This document shows, in pieces, positions 8,412-19,400 of a stretch of DNA of 64,000 nucleotides; within the stretch, counting starts at the first letter, position 1, and each line of letters begins with the position of its first letter. Source of the stretch: Myxococcales bacterium (GTDB taxonomy: Bacteria; Myxococcota_A; Polyangia; Polyangiales; Polyangiaceae). The notes below the pieces were generated by a model. The model did not search any database and was not told where the DNA came from. It worked only from the letters and a program-made list of their open reading frames with translations. The translations under genes and the position numbers were made by a program. The DNA lies in assembly GCA_043747615.1 (NCBI GenBank), contig JAYTOU010000023.1, positions 128,001 to 192,000 of the forward strand, in the 5' to 3' direction.

Positions 8412-10232
8412 CTACTGGCCGAGGGCGCCCACTCCGCCGACCGTCGGGACACCGTAAGGTGCGGTCGAGCCGACTCCGGGCACCGGGAACGCCTGCTCGA
8501 ACGCGAAAAAGAAGGAGGTCGCAAACACGCCGGAGGGGAGCGGACGCCCCACAGGAAAGCCGAGGTCGCCGCGAAACACGAAGCGATCAAGCTGTGGAAA
8601 CAGAGCGCGAAAACCGACGCCTACCGAGTGCCTCGGGCGGAGGTGATCGAAGCCGCTGAACGCGTCGCCTACGTCGTAGAATACCGCGCCGCCGAGCTGG
8701 AGAGAAAGAATCTCGACCGGACGTGATCGGTATTCGAGATTCGAAGCGACGACGTCTTTGCCTACGAAGAAGTTACTTGGATATCCCCGAAGGCGGCCAT
8801 TGCCACCTAGAAAATCGGTGTGGTTGAGAAAGTTGCGATACCGGTTTCCGACGTAGGCGTCGTAGACAAAACGCCCGAAGCCGAGACGCGGGGTCACGAT
8901 GCGCACGCTCCCCACCACGCTGGCATCGGACAGGCGATCGACCTCCGCCTCGGTGTCCGACTCGATCGCCCCGCGTACGAGGCCATCACCAAGAGCCACG
9001 GTGTATTGGGCGGCAGCGTACGTCCCGAAGAAATTGCGCGAAGATCCAAGAGCGCGGGTCACCGGATAGACCTTTAGCCAAACATCGTGTCCCAACCTGA
9101 AATCTTCTTGAAGACCGAGGGTCTCGAAATCGAGGACGCGGATGAAGTTCGTGGTGTACCCGCGGTATTGAAGGAATGGGCCTACCCGCGTGTCGCTCAC
9201 CGGTACGGCGGTATTGATGAACTCGGTCACCGCTACGGGATCGAACCTGGATAAGTCACCGGTGCGGTAGGCCCGGCGATTGAGCTCTCCCCCGAACGTG
9301 ATGTCGCTCTTGGTCGCCCAGCCGAACGAGCGGGTCACGCCGTACGTATTGGTGTAGCGCTGGGCTCGGTATTCCCAGGGGATCTTGTACACCTGCGGTG
9401 TGCCGACGGCGTCGAATCCGGCAAGCTTCGCGTTCACGTAATGGCGCACGATCTCCTCGCGCCAAGCGACGTTGATCCCCCAGCCCCATTCGGTACGCGT
9501 GGAGTAGAGAGGCCTCGAGATCGAGACCGTGCCGTACGAGCCCTCCGGCCTGCCGCTCGCGCGATTCATGATGATGTTTGCGTCGCTGACGAACGTCAGC
9601 CACCGCCCACTCAGACGCGGGATCCGGTAGCCGGCACCGAGCGTGTAGGAGAGCGGGAAAAGAATGAACCGAGTGGCGAGCGACTGCTGCTCACCCGCGA
9701 GATTCGATTCGGTGGGCTCGATGAGGAGCGACTCGAGTCCGCCCGGACCAACGGTGAAATTCGAATTCAGCCGAAGGCTCCACACGTCTTTGGCGATCAC
9801 GAGCAGGCGCACGCGGTCAGGGCGACTCCCCTCGAGGGCCGTCACCACCACCAGCGAGACCTGGCTCAATCGACGGAGATTTCGAGACGTTTCGTCGGCG
9901 ACGACGCCCACGTAACGGTCACCTTCGTGAAGGAGAAGCTCTTGCCGAAGGATGCGCTCGCGCGACGTGGTGTGAAGACGATTGAGAAACTCGGGGGCAG
10001 GATCGCGGTTCTCGATCACCTCCAGGCGAAGGATGTCTATGCGCTCGATGACCTTTCCTTCAGGCGCCGAGTCGAGCCGCACACCGAGCGCTTTCTGGGC
10101 CGCGACGATCGACTCTTTTTCGTAAGCCGAGTAGCCGCCGACGGTGGAGTGCGGCGCCGTTTGCGCTCGTGCGGGAGCTGCCCGGACGAGGAGGAGGCAA
10201 ACGAGCGCGGCTGCAAAGTTCCTTCTACCCAA
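8412..10232 (-). CDS. BamA/TamA (Omp85) family outer-membrane protein
   Basis: Signal peptide, POTRA-like segment (ILRQELLLHEGD...RNLRRL), alternating beta strands, loop-6 GGNGRLRGY motif. Confidence 0.8.
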   Translation of the reverse strand: MGRRNFAAALVCLLLVRAAPARAQTAPHSTVGGYSAYEKESIVAAQKALGVRLDSAPEGKVIERIDILRLEVIENRDPAPEFLNRLHTTSRERILRQELLLHEGDRYVGVVADETSRNLRRLSQVSLVVVTALEGSRPDRVRLLVIAKDVWSLRLNSNFTVGPGGLESLLIEPTESNLAGEQQSLATRFILFPLSYTLGAGYRIPRLSGRWLTFVSDANIIMNRASGRPEGSYGTVSISRPLYSTRTEWGWGINVAWREEIVRHYVNAKLAGFDAVGTPQVYKIPWEYRAQRYTNTYGVTRSFGWATKSDITFGGELNRRAYRTGDLSRFDPVAVTEFINTAVPVSDTRVGPFLQYRGYTTNFIRVLDFETLGLQEDFRLGHDVWLKVYPVTRALGSSRNFFGTYAAAQYTVALGDGLVRGAIESDTEAEVDRLSDASVVGSVRIVTPRLGFGRFVYDAYVGNRYRNFLNHTDFLGGNGRLRGYPSNFFVGKDVVASNLEYRSRPVEILSLQLGGAVFYDVGDAFSGFDHLRPRHSVGVGFRALFPQLDRFVFRGDLGFPVGRPLPSGVFATSFFFAFEQAFPVPGVGSTAPYGVPTVGGVGALGQ

Positions 10233-10260
10233 GAGAGCACCAGGCTACGGTGGATATGAC

Positions 10261-11100
10261 GTGGCGATCAACGAATCGATAAGAGACCGCGTGGATCGCC
10301 TCGAGCTCCCCTTCAATGCGCTGGGCGTCGATCCTTACGGGATCTCGAAGAAGCATCTGACGCTCGCCATGAGCGCGCTCGCGGTTTTCTACCGCCACTA
10401 TTTCTCCGTGGTGTCGCACGGCGTGAATCACGTTCCCGCACGCGGTCGGGCGATGCTCGTCGGCAACCACTCGGGGGGCGTAGCTATCGACGGAGCGATG
10501 GTGATCGGTTCCATGTTCCTCGACAAGCAACCGCCGCGTCTCGCGCAGGGGATGGTCGAAAAGTTCATCAACCGACTCCCCTTCGCGTCGGTGTGGGCCA
10601 ATCGAACTGGCCAGTTTACAGGGCTTCCCGAGCACGCCATCCGTTTGCTCGAGGACGAGCGCTTACTCATGGTGTTCCCCGAAGGAGCGCGCGGAACGGC
10701 CAAGCTCTACAAGGAGCGGCACACGCTCGTCGATTTCGGACAAGGCTTCATGCGCATCGCTCTGAAGGCAAAAGCCCCGATCATCCCCTTTGCCTTTCTC
10801 GGCGGCGGCGAGGCGGTTCCCACCATCTCTAACGCGTACGCGCTCGGAAAGCTCCTCGGCGTTCCGTACATTCCGGTGACGCCTTACCTGGTGGCGTTGC
10901 CGCTGCCGGTGAAACTCGAAGTCTACTACGGTGAGCCGATCCTCTTCGAGGGCACCGGCTCGGAAGACGACGAAGTGATCGAAGGCTACGTCGACGAAGT
11001 GAAGGCCCGCATCCTCAAGATGATCGACGCTGGAAGGCGCGATCGGCGAGGCGAGCCTCCGCGCTTGTCCGATGGCTCGACCAAGGCGGCCCTCACATGA
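10261..11100 (+). CDS. PlsC-like (lysophospholipid) acyltransferase
   Basis: NHSGGVAID (HX4-5D) and VFPEG motifs; start taken at GTG 10261. Confidence 0.88.
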   Translation: MAINESIRDRVDRLELPFNALGVDPYGISKKHLTLAMSALAVFYRHYFSVVSHGVNHVPARGRAMLVGNHSGGVAIDGAMVIGSMFLDKQPPRLAQGMVEKFINRLPFASVWANRTGQFTGLPEHAIRLLEDERLLMVFPEGARGTAKLYKERHTLVDFGQGFMRIALKAKAPIIPFAFLGGGEAVPTISNAYALGKLLGVPYIPVTPYLVALPLPVKLEVYYGEPILFEGTGSEDDEVIEGYVDEVKARILKMIDAGRRDRRGEPPRLSDGSTKAALT

Positions 11101-12017
11101 AGATTCTCATTCCCGGGATCTCGGGCGCCATCGGACGAAAAGTCGGCGCGCGCCTGCTCGCGGAAGGACACGAGATCATCGGCATCGACGCTCGTCCATG
11201 GAACGATCCTCCGCCGGGCATCGAGGTACACCACGTGGACATCCGCAAGCGCGCGGCGGAAGACGTCTTCCGAAAGCGCCGGCCGGAAGCGGTGGTGCAC
11301 ATGGCAACGGTCACCTCACTCGCCGTGCAAGGCGAAGAGCGTTACCGCATCAACCTCGGCGGGACGCGCGCCGTCTTCGACCACTGCCGTGCGTACGGCG
11401 TCAAGCACACGATTTTCGTCGGTCGGCATACGTTCTATGGCGCCGGCCCCGACTCGCCGCTCTTTCACACCGAAGATGAGCCTCCGATGGCGCTGGCGTC
11501 GTTTCCGGATCTCACCGATCTCGTGGCCGCTGATCTTTACGCGGGCTCTGCGCTTTGGCGCTATCCCGAGCTCGCCACGACCGTCATGCGCATCTGTTAC
11601 ACGCTCGGGCCTTCGGGGCACGGCACGCTCGCCACCTTCCTTCGCGGTTCACGGGTGCCGACGCTCCTCGGCTACGACCCGTTATTTCAGTTCATGCACG
11701 AGGACGACGTGGTGAGCGCGATCTCGCTTGCCCTGAAAAAGCGGCTCCGCGGCGTCTACAACGTCACCGGTCCGCAGCCGATGCCGCTCTCACTCATTGC
11801 CAAGACGGCGGGGCGCAAGGTCATCCCGATCCCGGAAGTCGTTTACTCGTTCGTCCTCGGCCGCTTTGGCCTGCCGAAGATTCCCCCGGGCGCGCTCAGC
11901 CACATCAAGTATCCCGTGGTGGTCGACGCTTCGCTATTCAATCAGGCAACGGGCTTCAAGCACGCCTTCGACGAAACCCAGACCGTGCGATCATTTCGAG
12001 AGGCGTTCCCGGTCTAG
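11097..12017 (+). CDS. NAD-dependent epimerase/dehydratase (extended SDR)
   Basis: GISGAIG Rossmann motif, [26 protein letters not shown] overlap with the acyltransferase. Confidence 0.88.
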   Translation: MKILIPGISGAIGRKVGARLLAEGHEIIGIDARPWNDPPPGIEVHHVDIRKRAAEDVFRKRRPEAVVHMATVTSLAVQGEERYRINLGGTRAVFDHCRAYGVKHTIFVGRHTFYGAGPDSPLFHTEDEPPMALASFPDLTDLVAADLYAGSALWRYPELATTVMRICYTLGPSGHGTLATFLRGSRVPTLLGYDPLFQFMHEDDVVSAISLALKKRLRGVYNVTGPQPMPLSLIAKTAGRKVIPIPEVVYSFVLGRFGLPKIPPGALSHIKYPVVVDASLFNQATGFKHAFDETQTVRSFREAFPV

Positions 12018-12383
12018 CTATTTTCTGAAGAGCTTGTTCCACCAGCGTTGCTTTGCGGCGTGCTTGATCGCGTCGGAGCTGAGTCCCGTCCACACGGCCA
12101 TCGAGGTATCGGGCGAGCCATAGGTGCGCGAGAGCTGCGCGACCACGTCCCGCTTCGACTCGGCGGCGGAGCTACCGAAGCCGGTTCGAATGAGCGCTGT
12201 CTCGGAGGGATCGGGCTCTCCAGTTGCGAGATCCTCGGTGGGCGCCCGTACGGGCATCCTCACCTTCCCGATGCACACCCAGGGGCGCGCGCCGCCGACA
12301 CGGATCGGGTCCCCGATGATGATGCTCGCTCTCTGGGGCTGCGGAGGCGGGGGGGCCTCAGGTTCTTTCTCGCCGACGCCCAT
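12018..12383 (-). CDS. Hypothetical protein
   Basis: Only ORF filling the gap between convergent/divergent neighbours; no recognisable motif. Confidence 0.55.
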   Translation of the reverse strand: MGVGEKEPEAPPPPQPQRASIIIGDPIRVGGARPWVCIGKVRMPVRAPTEDLATGEPDPSETALIRTGFGSSAAESKRDVVAQLSRTYGSPDTSMAVWTGLSSDAIKHAAKQRWWNKLFRK

Positions 12384-12465
12384 GGATCGTCAAGTTACCA
12401 CTTTCGCGGCCCGACCGGCTCGTCGGCGCGCGACGCGGGGAAAACAAAGGCGCTACGCTTAGTTT

Positions 12466-13014
12466 GTGGGCCCCGACGAACGCGCCATCGTCACTGATCG
12501 ACTCGAGCTTCGAGCCATCACCCTGCCACTCTTCGAAGCGGTATGGTCAGGCGATCGCGTGGAGTTCGAGCGACTGATGCAAGCGTCGCTTCCGAAGGCG
12601 TGGCCCAATCGCGCGCTCATCGAGCGGGCATTCACCGCGTCGCCGGAGCGCATTCGCGCCGACCCCGAGGGGCGACTGTGGGGCGACCGCTTGATGATCA
12701 CCCGCTCCGATCCTCCACGATGCATCGGCAGCGTCGTCTTCCACGGAAAGCCTGACGAGAGCGGGCTCGTCGAGGTCGGGTACGGTGTCGACGACGGCTC
12801 GCAAGGGCAAGGCCTCGCGACCGAAGCGGTGCGCGCAGCGATCGAGTGGGCCGTCGCGCAACCCGGTGTCCGCGTCGTCAGCGCGACGACGTTCCCGCTC
12901 CACATTCCATCGATTCGCGTGCTCGAAAAGTGCGGAATGCACCGCGCCGGATTTCGCGACCACGAGCTACTTGGCGACCTTCTCGTCTTCGAATTGCACT
13001 GCCGCAAGGGCTAA
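12466..13014 (+). CDS. GNAT N-acetyltransferase (RimJ/RimL-like)
   Basis: TDRLELR, VEVGYGV, QGQGLATEAV, SIRVLEKCG. Confidence 0.88.
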   Translation: MGPDERAIVTDRLELRAITLPLFEAVWSGDRVEFERLMQASLPKAWPNRALIERAFTASPERIRADPEGRLWGDRLMITRSDPPRCIGSVVFHGKPDESGLVEVGYGVDDGSQGQGLATEAVRAAIEWAVAQPGVRVVSATTFPLHIPSIRVLEKCGMHRAGFRDHELLGDLLVFELHCRKG

Positions 13015-13019
13015 GGTCA

Positions 13020-16000
13020 CTAGACCGAGAGAAGAACCGCCACGGCAGCCTCGCCGGTCGCCGCTGAAACGGCGCGGGCATACATAGTCAACTGTCCTTC
13101 GTATTCCGGCCTCCTCGACGCGATCTCGACGTCGGTCTTGAAGTCCACCACGGTCCAGCGCGGCGCGCCTCCGACGATTTCTCGGAACGCGAGATCTATC
13201 ACCCCTTCGAGCATCGATTCGTCTTCGAGCTTGAGGGACACCTGAGACTCGCGTCGACACTCCCTCCCGGCCGTGTGCGCGCGCACGAGGAGCGGATGAC
13301 GGAGCGCCGCCAGAACCGAGGAGACGGCCGCGGAGATCTCTTCCGCCGTCGCTCCCACGAGGCGCGCTTGCGCTCGCGCGACCTCCTCGACCGCAGCCTG
13401 ATCGCCGGCGAGAGGAACCGTCGCGAGGACGGCATGTACGAGGACGCCGAAGCGCTTTCCGTGCGGGCGACCGCTGCGCGAAGCGTCGGTGCTCTCGAGC
13501 GCGACGACCGCTGATCCGACCGCGGCAGCGCGGAGCTTCGGATCGTTCTTGGCCTCGGTCACCGTGCGCACGCAGAGAGACGGTTTGGAGCCAGAGGCAA
13601 TGGACTGGCTTCTTTTTCCCTGCCATTCGGCGTGCAGGCGTGCGCCTTCTTCGGCCACCGCGCCGCTCTCGTCGGCCGCGAGGATCCTCTGCTGCCGTAG
13701 TCCGACGTCATGATCCTTGTCGAGGTCGAGCGCAAACGGATCCCACCACACGACCTGGTGCTCACCGGCGCGTGGGCGATGGAGGCCTGGCATGACGGAG
13801 TCTTCCACCCGGCGGGTGACGTTGTCCGGTCTCTCACGCACGCTGTCTCCGCCGAATGCTGGGCAGCCCGGCGCCACGGCCGCGTCGCGTCTCTTCGCCG
13901 GGCTAGGATTGACGACGTTATTGAGCACGTCGAGCCAGCCTGAGATTTCTTCGTCTCCGCAGACCGGCACCACCAGGAGCTCGCGCGCCCGCGTCGCGGC
14001 GACGTAGGCAAGCCGGTGGGCCTCCTCGCGATCGTGACGAAGGACTTCTTCGCGGCGCTCTTTGAGCTCGATCGGCGTGCAGCCCGCGAGCGGCATCGCC
14101 CAGAGCTTCTTCTCCGTGTCGACGTAGCGCGACGGATCCCGATGGGTGCTCGGCGCCGTCGGATCGACCAGGATGACCACCGGAAACTCGAGCCCCTTGG
14201 CGCGGTGCACGGTCATGATCCGCACGCCGTCGGTTCCTTCTTCCACCACCGGGGCTTCGGCTGCGCCCCCGCGATCCGCCTCATTTTCAAGGCGATTGAC
14301 GAACGCGCGAAACGAGGTCGCGCCCGAGCTCTCGAAGCGACGCGCGAGATCGAGAACCCGTAGGATGTTGGCGAGCGCTTGCTCTCCCGTGGGCCAAATG
14401 GCGACGCCGGCGTGGGCGCGGGTGGCTTCGAGCAGCTGGGTGATGGTGTCGGCGATGGGGCGTCGATTTCTTCCGTGATGGAGCTTTCCGAGGATGCCAA
14501 GCGCGTCCGCGACCTGGCGCGTTAGCTCAGTGAGCGTCGTCTCGTCGCAGCGCCTCAAGGTGTGCAAGCTCCCTTGGGTGCTCCGGAACGCGAGGAGAGC
14601 GTCGTCGGCGATCGCGAAGAAGGGGCCGCGCAGCGTGGCAAAGACGCTGAGCTCGTCGTCGGGCCACTCGACAGCAGTGAGAGCATTCCGGATGGCCATC
14701 ACCTCTTCGCGCGCGTGGTACGAGCGGCCGCCGACGAGCACGTGAGGAATGCGTCGCGCTTCGAGGGCACGCACGTACCCGCGGGTCACGTCTTCGCCGA
14801 AGTTCTGAAACCGCTTGAAAAGTAGGCAAATGTGACGCGCGTCGATCGGTACTTCGATGTCGGGTCTGTCGCGCTCGGTCAGCGTCCAGCCGCTCTTGTT
14901 GATGACGAAGTCGACGAACGCTCCGACGGCATCGGGCAAGGATTCGTCGACCCTCCAGCTCACGATCTTCCCGTAGTCGCCATACGGACGGGGCACCGGG
15001 AGGGCGATCACCGTCGGCCGGTTCGGCTCCTTGCGATACGGCTGAAGCCCCACGTACGTCGCCTGACTGCCGTCCGCGCTTCCCTGCATGATCGGCGCGA
15101 ACGCCGCGTTCACCGCTTGCTGAATGGACGGCGCGCTCCGGAAGCTGGTGGTCAGGTTCAAGACTTCGCCGCCGAAGGCGACCAGGCGCCGCTTGGTCAT
15201 CTCGTAGAGAGCCACATCGGCCCGGCGAAAGCGGTAGATCGACTGCTTCGGATCTCCGACCACGAAGAGCTTTCCGCGGACGGGGCGCGCGACCGTGAAG
15301 TCGGTCTCCTGGGGATCGTCGGCCGCGAGCAGGAGGAGGATCTCCGCCTGGAGCGGGTCGGTGTCCTGGAATTCGTCGACCAAGAGATGCGTGTACTTTA
15401 CCTGCAACTCCTTCCGCACGACCGCGTCGTCCCGAATGAGATCCCGCGTCACCACCAGCAGATCGAGGAAATCGAGCTTCCCTGCGCGGGCTTTGAGCTT
15501 TTCGTACTCCACGACCAACGGCTTGAGCTCGGCATGAAGGCACGCCGCCAGATCGGCGTCGACCGCTTCGAGGACGGAATCGAGCTCGGCCTTCACCGCT
15601 GCGCGCTCATCCATGACCGTCTGCCGCTCGAGGCCCTTGCAGAAGTAGCGTCCGCTTCCCTTCCACTCCCAGCCCTTGATCCGCGACAGCGCGCGGAGCT
15701 CGGCTTCGAGGCCGTCGTAGTCGCGCGGGCGGACTTCTTCACGGCGGGTGAGCTCTTTGAACCAGCGATCGATGTCGCCGAGGTTCTTGGCAAGCCAGCT
15801 GTCCTTCCAGTCGGCGCGATCGGCGAGCGCTCCTAGTTTTTCGATCTTGAGGAGAACGGCGTCCATCCTCTGCGGACGATCGATCGGATCGCGCCTCCAC
15901 CGCGTGCCAAAGTCGCGCTGCTCGATGAGCGCCGCTCCCGCGCCCCGAAGAGCCGAACGCGGTCCACTCGCATCGCGGTCGCGCGACCGACGACGGAGCA

Positions 16001-16481
16001 TTCGCCGCACGCCTTCTCCGGGATCGTTCAGCTCCCTCTGGAACCAGCGCTCGAAGCACTCCTCGTAGATCCGCTCTTTCTCGTCCTCGGCGGCCACTTC
16101 GAATAGCGGATCGATCTTGGCCTCGACCGGTCGCTCGCGAAGGAGGTCGGAGCAGAAGCCGTGAATGGTCCCGATGTGCGCGGCCTCGAGCTCGGCCAGA
16201 GCGTGATCGAAGCAGGCCCTCTCCGCGGTCGTGGTGTCGGCGTGAACACGGGCGCGCTCGATCTCCGTTCGCAACCGGAGCTTCATCTCCCCGGCCGCCT
16301 TCTCGGTGAAGGTCACCGCAACGAGCTTTCCGAGAGTAGTTTTGCCGGTGCGGAGAAGCGAAAGGATCCGGCCGACGAGCTCGGTCGTCTTCCCCGTCCC
16401 CGCGGCTGCCTCGACGATCAGCGTAGCTTCGAGATCATTCCGGATGCGCGCGCGCGCGTCGCCGTCGGCAAGCATCGTCAT
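13020..16481 (-). CDS. addA: AddA-type UvrD/SF1A helicase-nuclease subunit
   Basis: AAAGTGKT, TFTEKAA, DEFQDT, VGDPKQSIYRFR, MTVHRAKGLEF, YVAATRA; C-terminal GVIDL...VVDFKT...QLTMY RecB-family nuclease. Confidence 0.92.
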   Translation of the reverse strand: MTMLADGDARARIRNDLEATLIVEAAAGTGKTTELVGRILSLLRTGKTTLGKLVAVTFTEKAAGEMKLRLRTEIERARVHADTTTAERACFDHALAELEAAHIGTIHGFCSDLLRERPVEAKIDPLFEVAAEDEKERIYEECFERWFQRELNDPGEGVRRMLRRRSRDRDASGPRSALRGAGAALIEQRDFGTRWRRDPIDRPQRMDAVLLKIEKLGALADRADWKDSWLAKNLGDIDRWFKELTRREEVRPRDYDGLEAELRALSRIKGWEWKGSGRYFCKGLERQTVMDERAAVKAELDSVLEAVDADLAACLHAELKPLVVEYEKLKARAGKLDFLDLLVVTRDLIRDDAVVRKELQVKYTHLLVDEFQDTDPLQAEILLLLAADDPQETDFTVARPVRGKLFVVGDPKQSIYRFRRADVALYEMTKRRLVAFGGEVLNLTTSFRSAPSIQQAVNAAFAPIMQGSADGSQATYVGLQPYRKEPNRPTVIALPVPRPYGDYGKIVSWRVDESLPDAVGAFVDFVINKSGWTLTERDRPDIEVPIDARHICLLFKRFQNFGEDVTRGYVRALEARRIPHVLVGGRSYHAREEVMAIRNALTAVEWPDDELSVFATLRGPFFAIADDALLAFRSTQGSLHTLRRCDETTLTELTRQVADALGILGKLHHGRNRRPIADTITQLLEATRAHAGVAIWPTGEQALANILRVLDLARRFESSGATSFRAFVNRLENEADRGGAAEAPVVEEGTDGVRIMTVHRAKGLEFPVVILVDPTAPSTHRDPSRYVDTEKKLWAMPLAGCTPIELKERREEVLRHDREEAHRLAYVAATRARELLVVPVCGDEEISGWLDVLNNVVNPSPAKRRDAAVAPGCPAFGGDSVRERPDNVTRRVEDSVMPGLHRPRAGEHQVVWWDPFALDLDKDHDVGLRQQRILAADESGAVAEEGARLHAEWQGKRSQSIASGSKPSLCVRTVTEAKNDPKLRAAAVGSAVVALESTDASRSGRPHGKRFGVLVHAVLATVPLAGDQAAVEEVARAQARLVGATAEEISAAVSSVLAALRHPLLVRAHTAGRECRRESQVSLKLEDESMLEGVIDLAFREIVGGAPRWTVVDFKTDVEIASRRPEYEGQLTMYARAVSAATGEAAVAVLLSV

Positions 16482-19400
16482 GGTCGTCTCCGAAGCTGGA
16501 CGAGCGGCAGGAGCTTATCTTGCTTCTTAACTTTGCTGGTGCGGTGCTCTTCGTAGGGGCCGCATACCCGGAGGTAGTCGCAGTACTGGCAGGCGCCTTT
16601 GGCGGGCGCGGCGGGCAAGAAGGACTCGCTCAGGGCACGTCCGATGGTGCTCACGACGGCGGCAGCGGCCTCGCGTGCACCGGCGTCGAAGGCAACGTCG
16701 ACGGGCTCGAACTCACCGGCCGAGGTGCAAAAGTAAAGGCGTCCGCTATCGATCCGTTCGCCAGGAAAAAGTTTCTCTGCCGCCAGCGCGTAGAAGACCG
16801 GCTGCAGTGTCTGCCCACCGCCGATCACCAGATCGCCCTTCACTCGCTTTTTTCCGGTCTTGTAGTCAGTGGCGCGAAGGGCACCGTCGGCGCGTCGCTC
16901 GATGAGATCGATTGACCCGCGAAGCTTCATTCCCACACTGAGCTCGAGCGGCTGGTCGTCGCTCCTGGGGTCGCGCTTGTCTTTCTGGTCCGGCGGGAGC
17001 CCGAAGGCGAGCTCGAAGTAAGCGGGGACCCACGTGGTGTCGTGCTTCGAGAGTCGGAGAAACTCCCGCAAATCAGCTCTGATCGAGGTGATTCCATCTT
17101 GCCACACACGCTCGATTGCCGGAGCGAGATCGTCTTTGTAGCGCTCCGCTTCCTCGTCGAGTGTTTGCTCGAGGGTAGCGAGCGCGGCATCGAAATTCGT
17201 CACGGTGACTGGGAGCTGCCCCGCCGCTCGCAGCTTTCCGTAGAACTTGAAGAGCACGTCGTGAATGAGCGAGCCTCGCTGCAGAGGATCGAGCTCCTCG
17301 AGCGGCGCAGGGTCCTCGCGCGCAGACAAACGATGAATAGCCTGGAGAACGAAGCGGTACGGGCACGCGGCGTAGTTCTGGAGAGCCGTCGGCGAGAACG
17401 AGCGCGCTTCGAAGGTGTGTTTGGCGAGCGCGGCCTTCGCCTCGGCGTGGGGCTCGACGATACCGTCGGCGTAGGTGAACTTCTTCAGCCAACGATTGGC
17501 GCGAAAGCGAAGAGCACGCGCGAGATGCGCATTGGCGGAAAGAAGGTAGCGTGCCGTCCCCACCGTGTCCGCCTCGGGCCTCTTGAAGAGCGACTCGAGG
17601 AGCGCGAGATCGTGCTCCGCTTCATCGATGGCGTCGACCGAGCGCGCGGGCGCCGGCCACCCGAGGCGAGCGGCACCAACCGTTTCTGCGCGGCGAGCGA
17701 GCTCATCGAACCCTGGCAATTTCCCTTCCGCGGCACGCAGCACCTCGAGCCCGTAAAACGACGGCGTACGAGGACGCGACTGCTCCATGTCGAGGCGCGG
17801 GTACGAAAAAACGAGACGCTTCGTCGCCGCTCCGGTGGCGATGCGGAGGGCCAAGCGTTCCTCGGCCGCGCGCTCGTCGTTGGTTGGAAGGAGCCTGCCG
17901 ATCTTCTTTCGCGCCGCGTCCGGCAAGATCGGATCTTGGCTCACCTTCTGGGGAAATATTTTCTCTGCCAGCCCGGGGATGAACACCACCTCGAAGGAGA
18001 GCCCGCGGGCTTCCTCGATTGATGCAATATACACGTGTCCGCTTCGCCGCCCGGTGGGCCTGACGACGAGCTCCGAGAGTCGCCGCTCGAGCACCATCCG
18101 CACCTCGCTCAACTCGACGGGTCCAATGGCATTCATCGGGTCGAGCTCGGCCAAAACGGCGAGCACGCGATCGGGCTGACGGAGAGAGCGGGTCGCGAGC
18201 GCCGAGAGAGAATCGAGCCATTTCTCCCAGGTGGCAGCCGTGGGCAGTGCGCTCATCGCCTCGAGCAGAGGTAGAGCGTACCCGCGCAGAGCCTCGAGAT
18301 CCGACAGGTCGCGCCGGATGCGATCGGCGTCGGCGGGCTCCGGATTGGTCGCCTCTTTTTGCTCGAGCTCCTTACGAAGCGCCTCGAGACGCCGCGTCCA
18401 TCGGTCGAGGCCGCCGATGACGGCGCTCTCTACGAGAAGCCGCTCCCAGCGACGCGGGGTGCGCAAGGTTCCATCGAGCACCGCGACCACCTCGGGGCGG
18501 GGCGAGGTCGCCGCGTCACTCGTCTCTTCGGGTGCAGCTCCCGCGCGGGCGATGGCTTCGGGAATGAGGTCGACCTCCGGCGGCACCCACCGATCACCGG
18601 GGGCAGCAGCCGGCGGAGGGGCGCCCTTCTCTGTGGCGTCGGCAACCTCGCCGAGAGAAAGATATTCTGCGAATCGGCGCGCAGACAGGCCGTCCGCTGC
18701 GCAGGCAAGGAGCGCGAGAAACGCTCGTCCGGTGGGATCGGGACGCACCGTTCCACGCGCAAAATAGGCGGGAATGCTCGCGCGGCGAAGGGCTTCTTCC
18801 ACGTGCGCGCGGTATTGCGGTGGTGAGCGAAGGAGGATCGCCATCGCGTCGAAGGGTGTCCCCCGCTCCGACTCCCTACGGATGCGGCGCGCGATCTCGA
18901 CGCACTCGCGGCTCTCGCCAGGGGCAGAAAGAATTTCCATTTCCTCGCCAGCCGCGTCCGCGGTCATCGCTCGTTCGACGGAGAAGAGGCGTGACTGCAG
19001 CCGCGTCAGCCCCGGCACCTCTTGCTCTCCCGCATCTGGGCGTGCGTCGGTGGTGCTCATCGCGTCACGAAGATGAAGGAGCGTGCGGTCATCGCCCTCG
19101 GGCACCGTGGCAAGCACCTCTCCCGCGCAACGGGCGAGCGCTGCCACCAGATCCCGTTCGCGGACGTTGGCGACGGGCGCATCGAGGAGAAGCAGCGGGA
19201 TCCCGAGAACGGCGTTCGAGCACGAGGCGTCGTTCGCGGCATCGGCAGCGAGCGCGAGCACGCACGCTCTATCGGCGAGCTTGGCGAACGTCAGCTCCTG
19301 GCTGTACGCGGCGAGCAGGCGCGCGAGGTCTTCGTCTTCAAGCGGCTCTTTTTCAGGGTCACCGAGCGCGGCGAGACGAAGCTCGTCGAGCGTGCGCATG

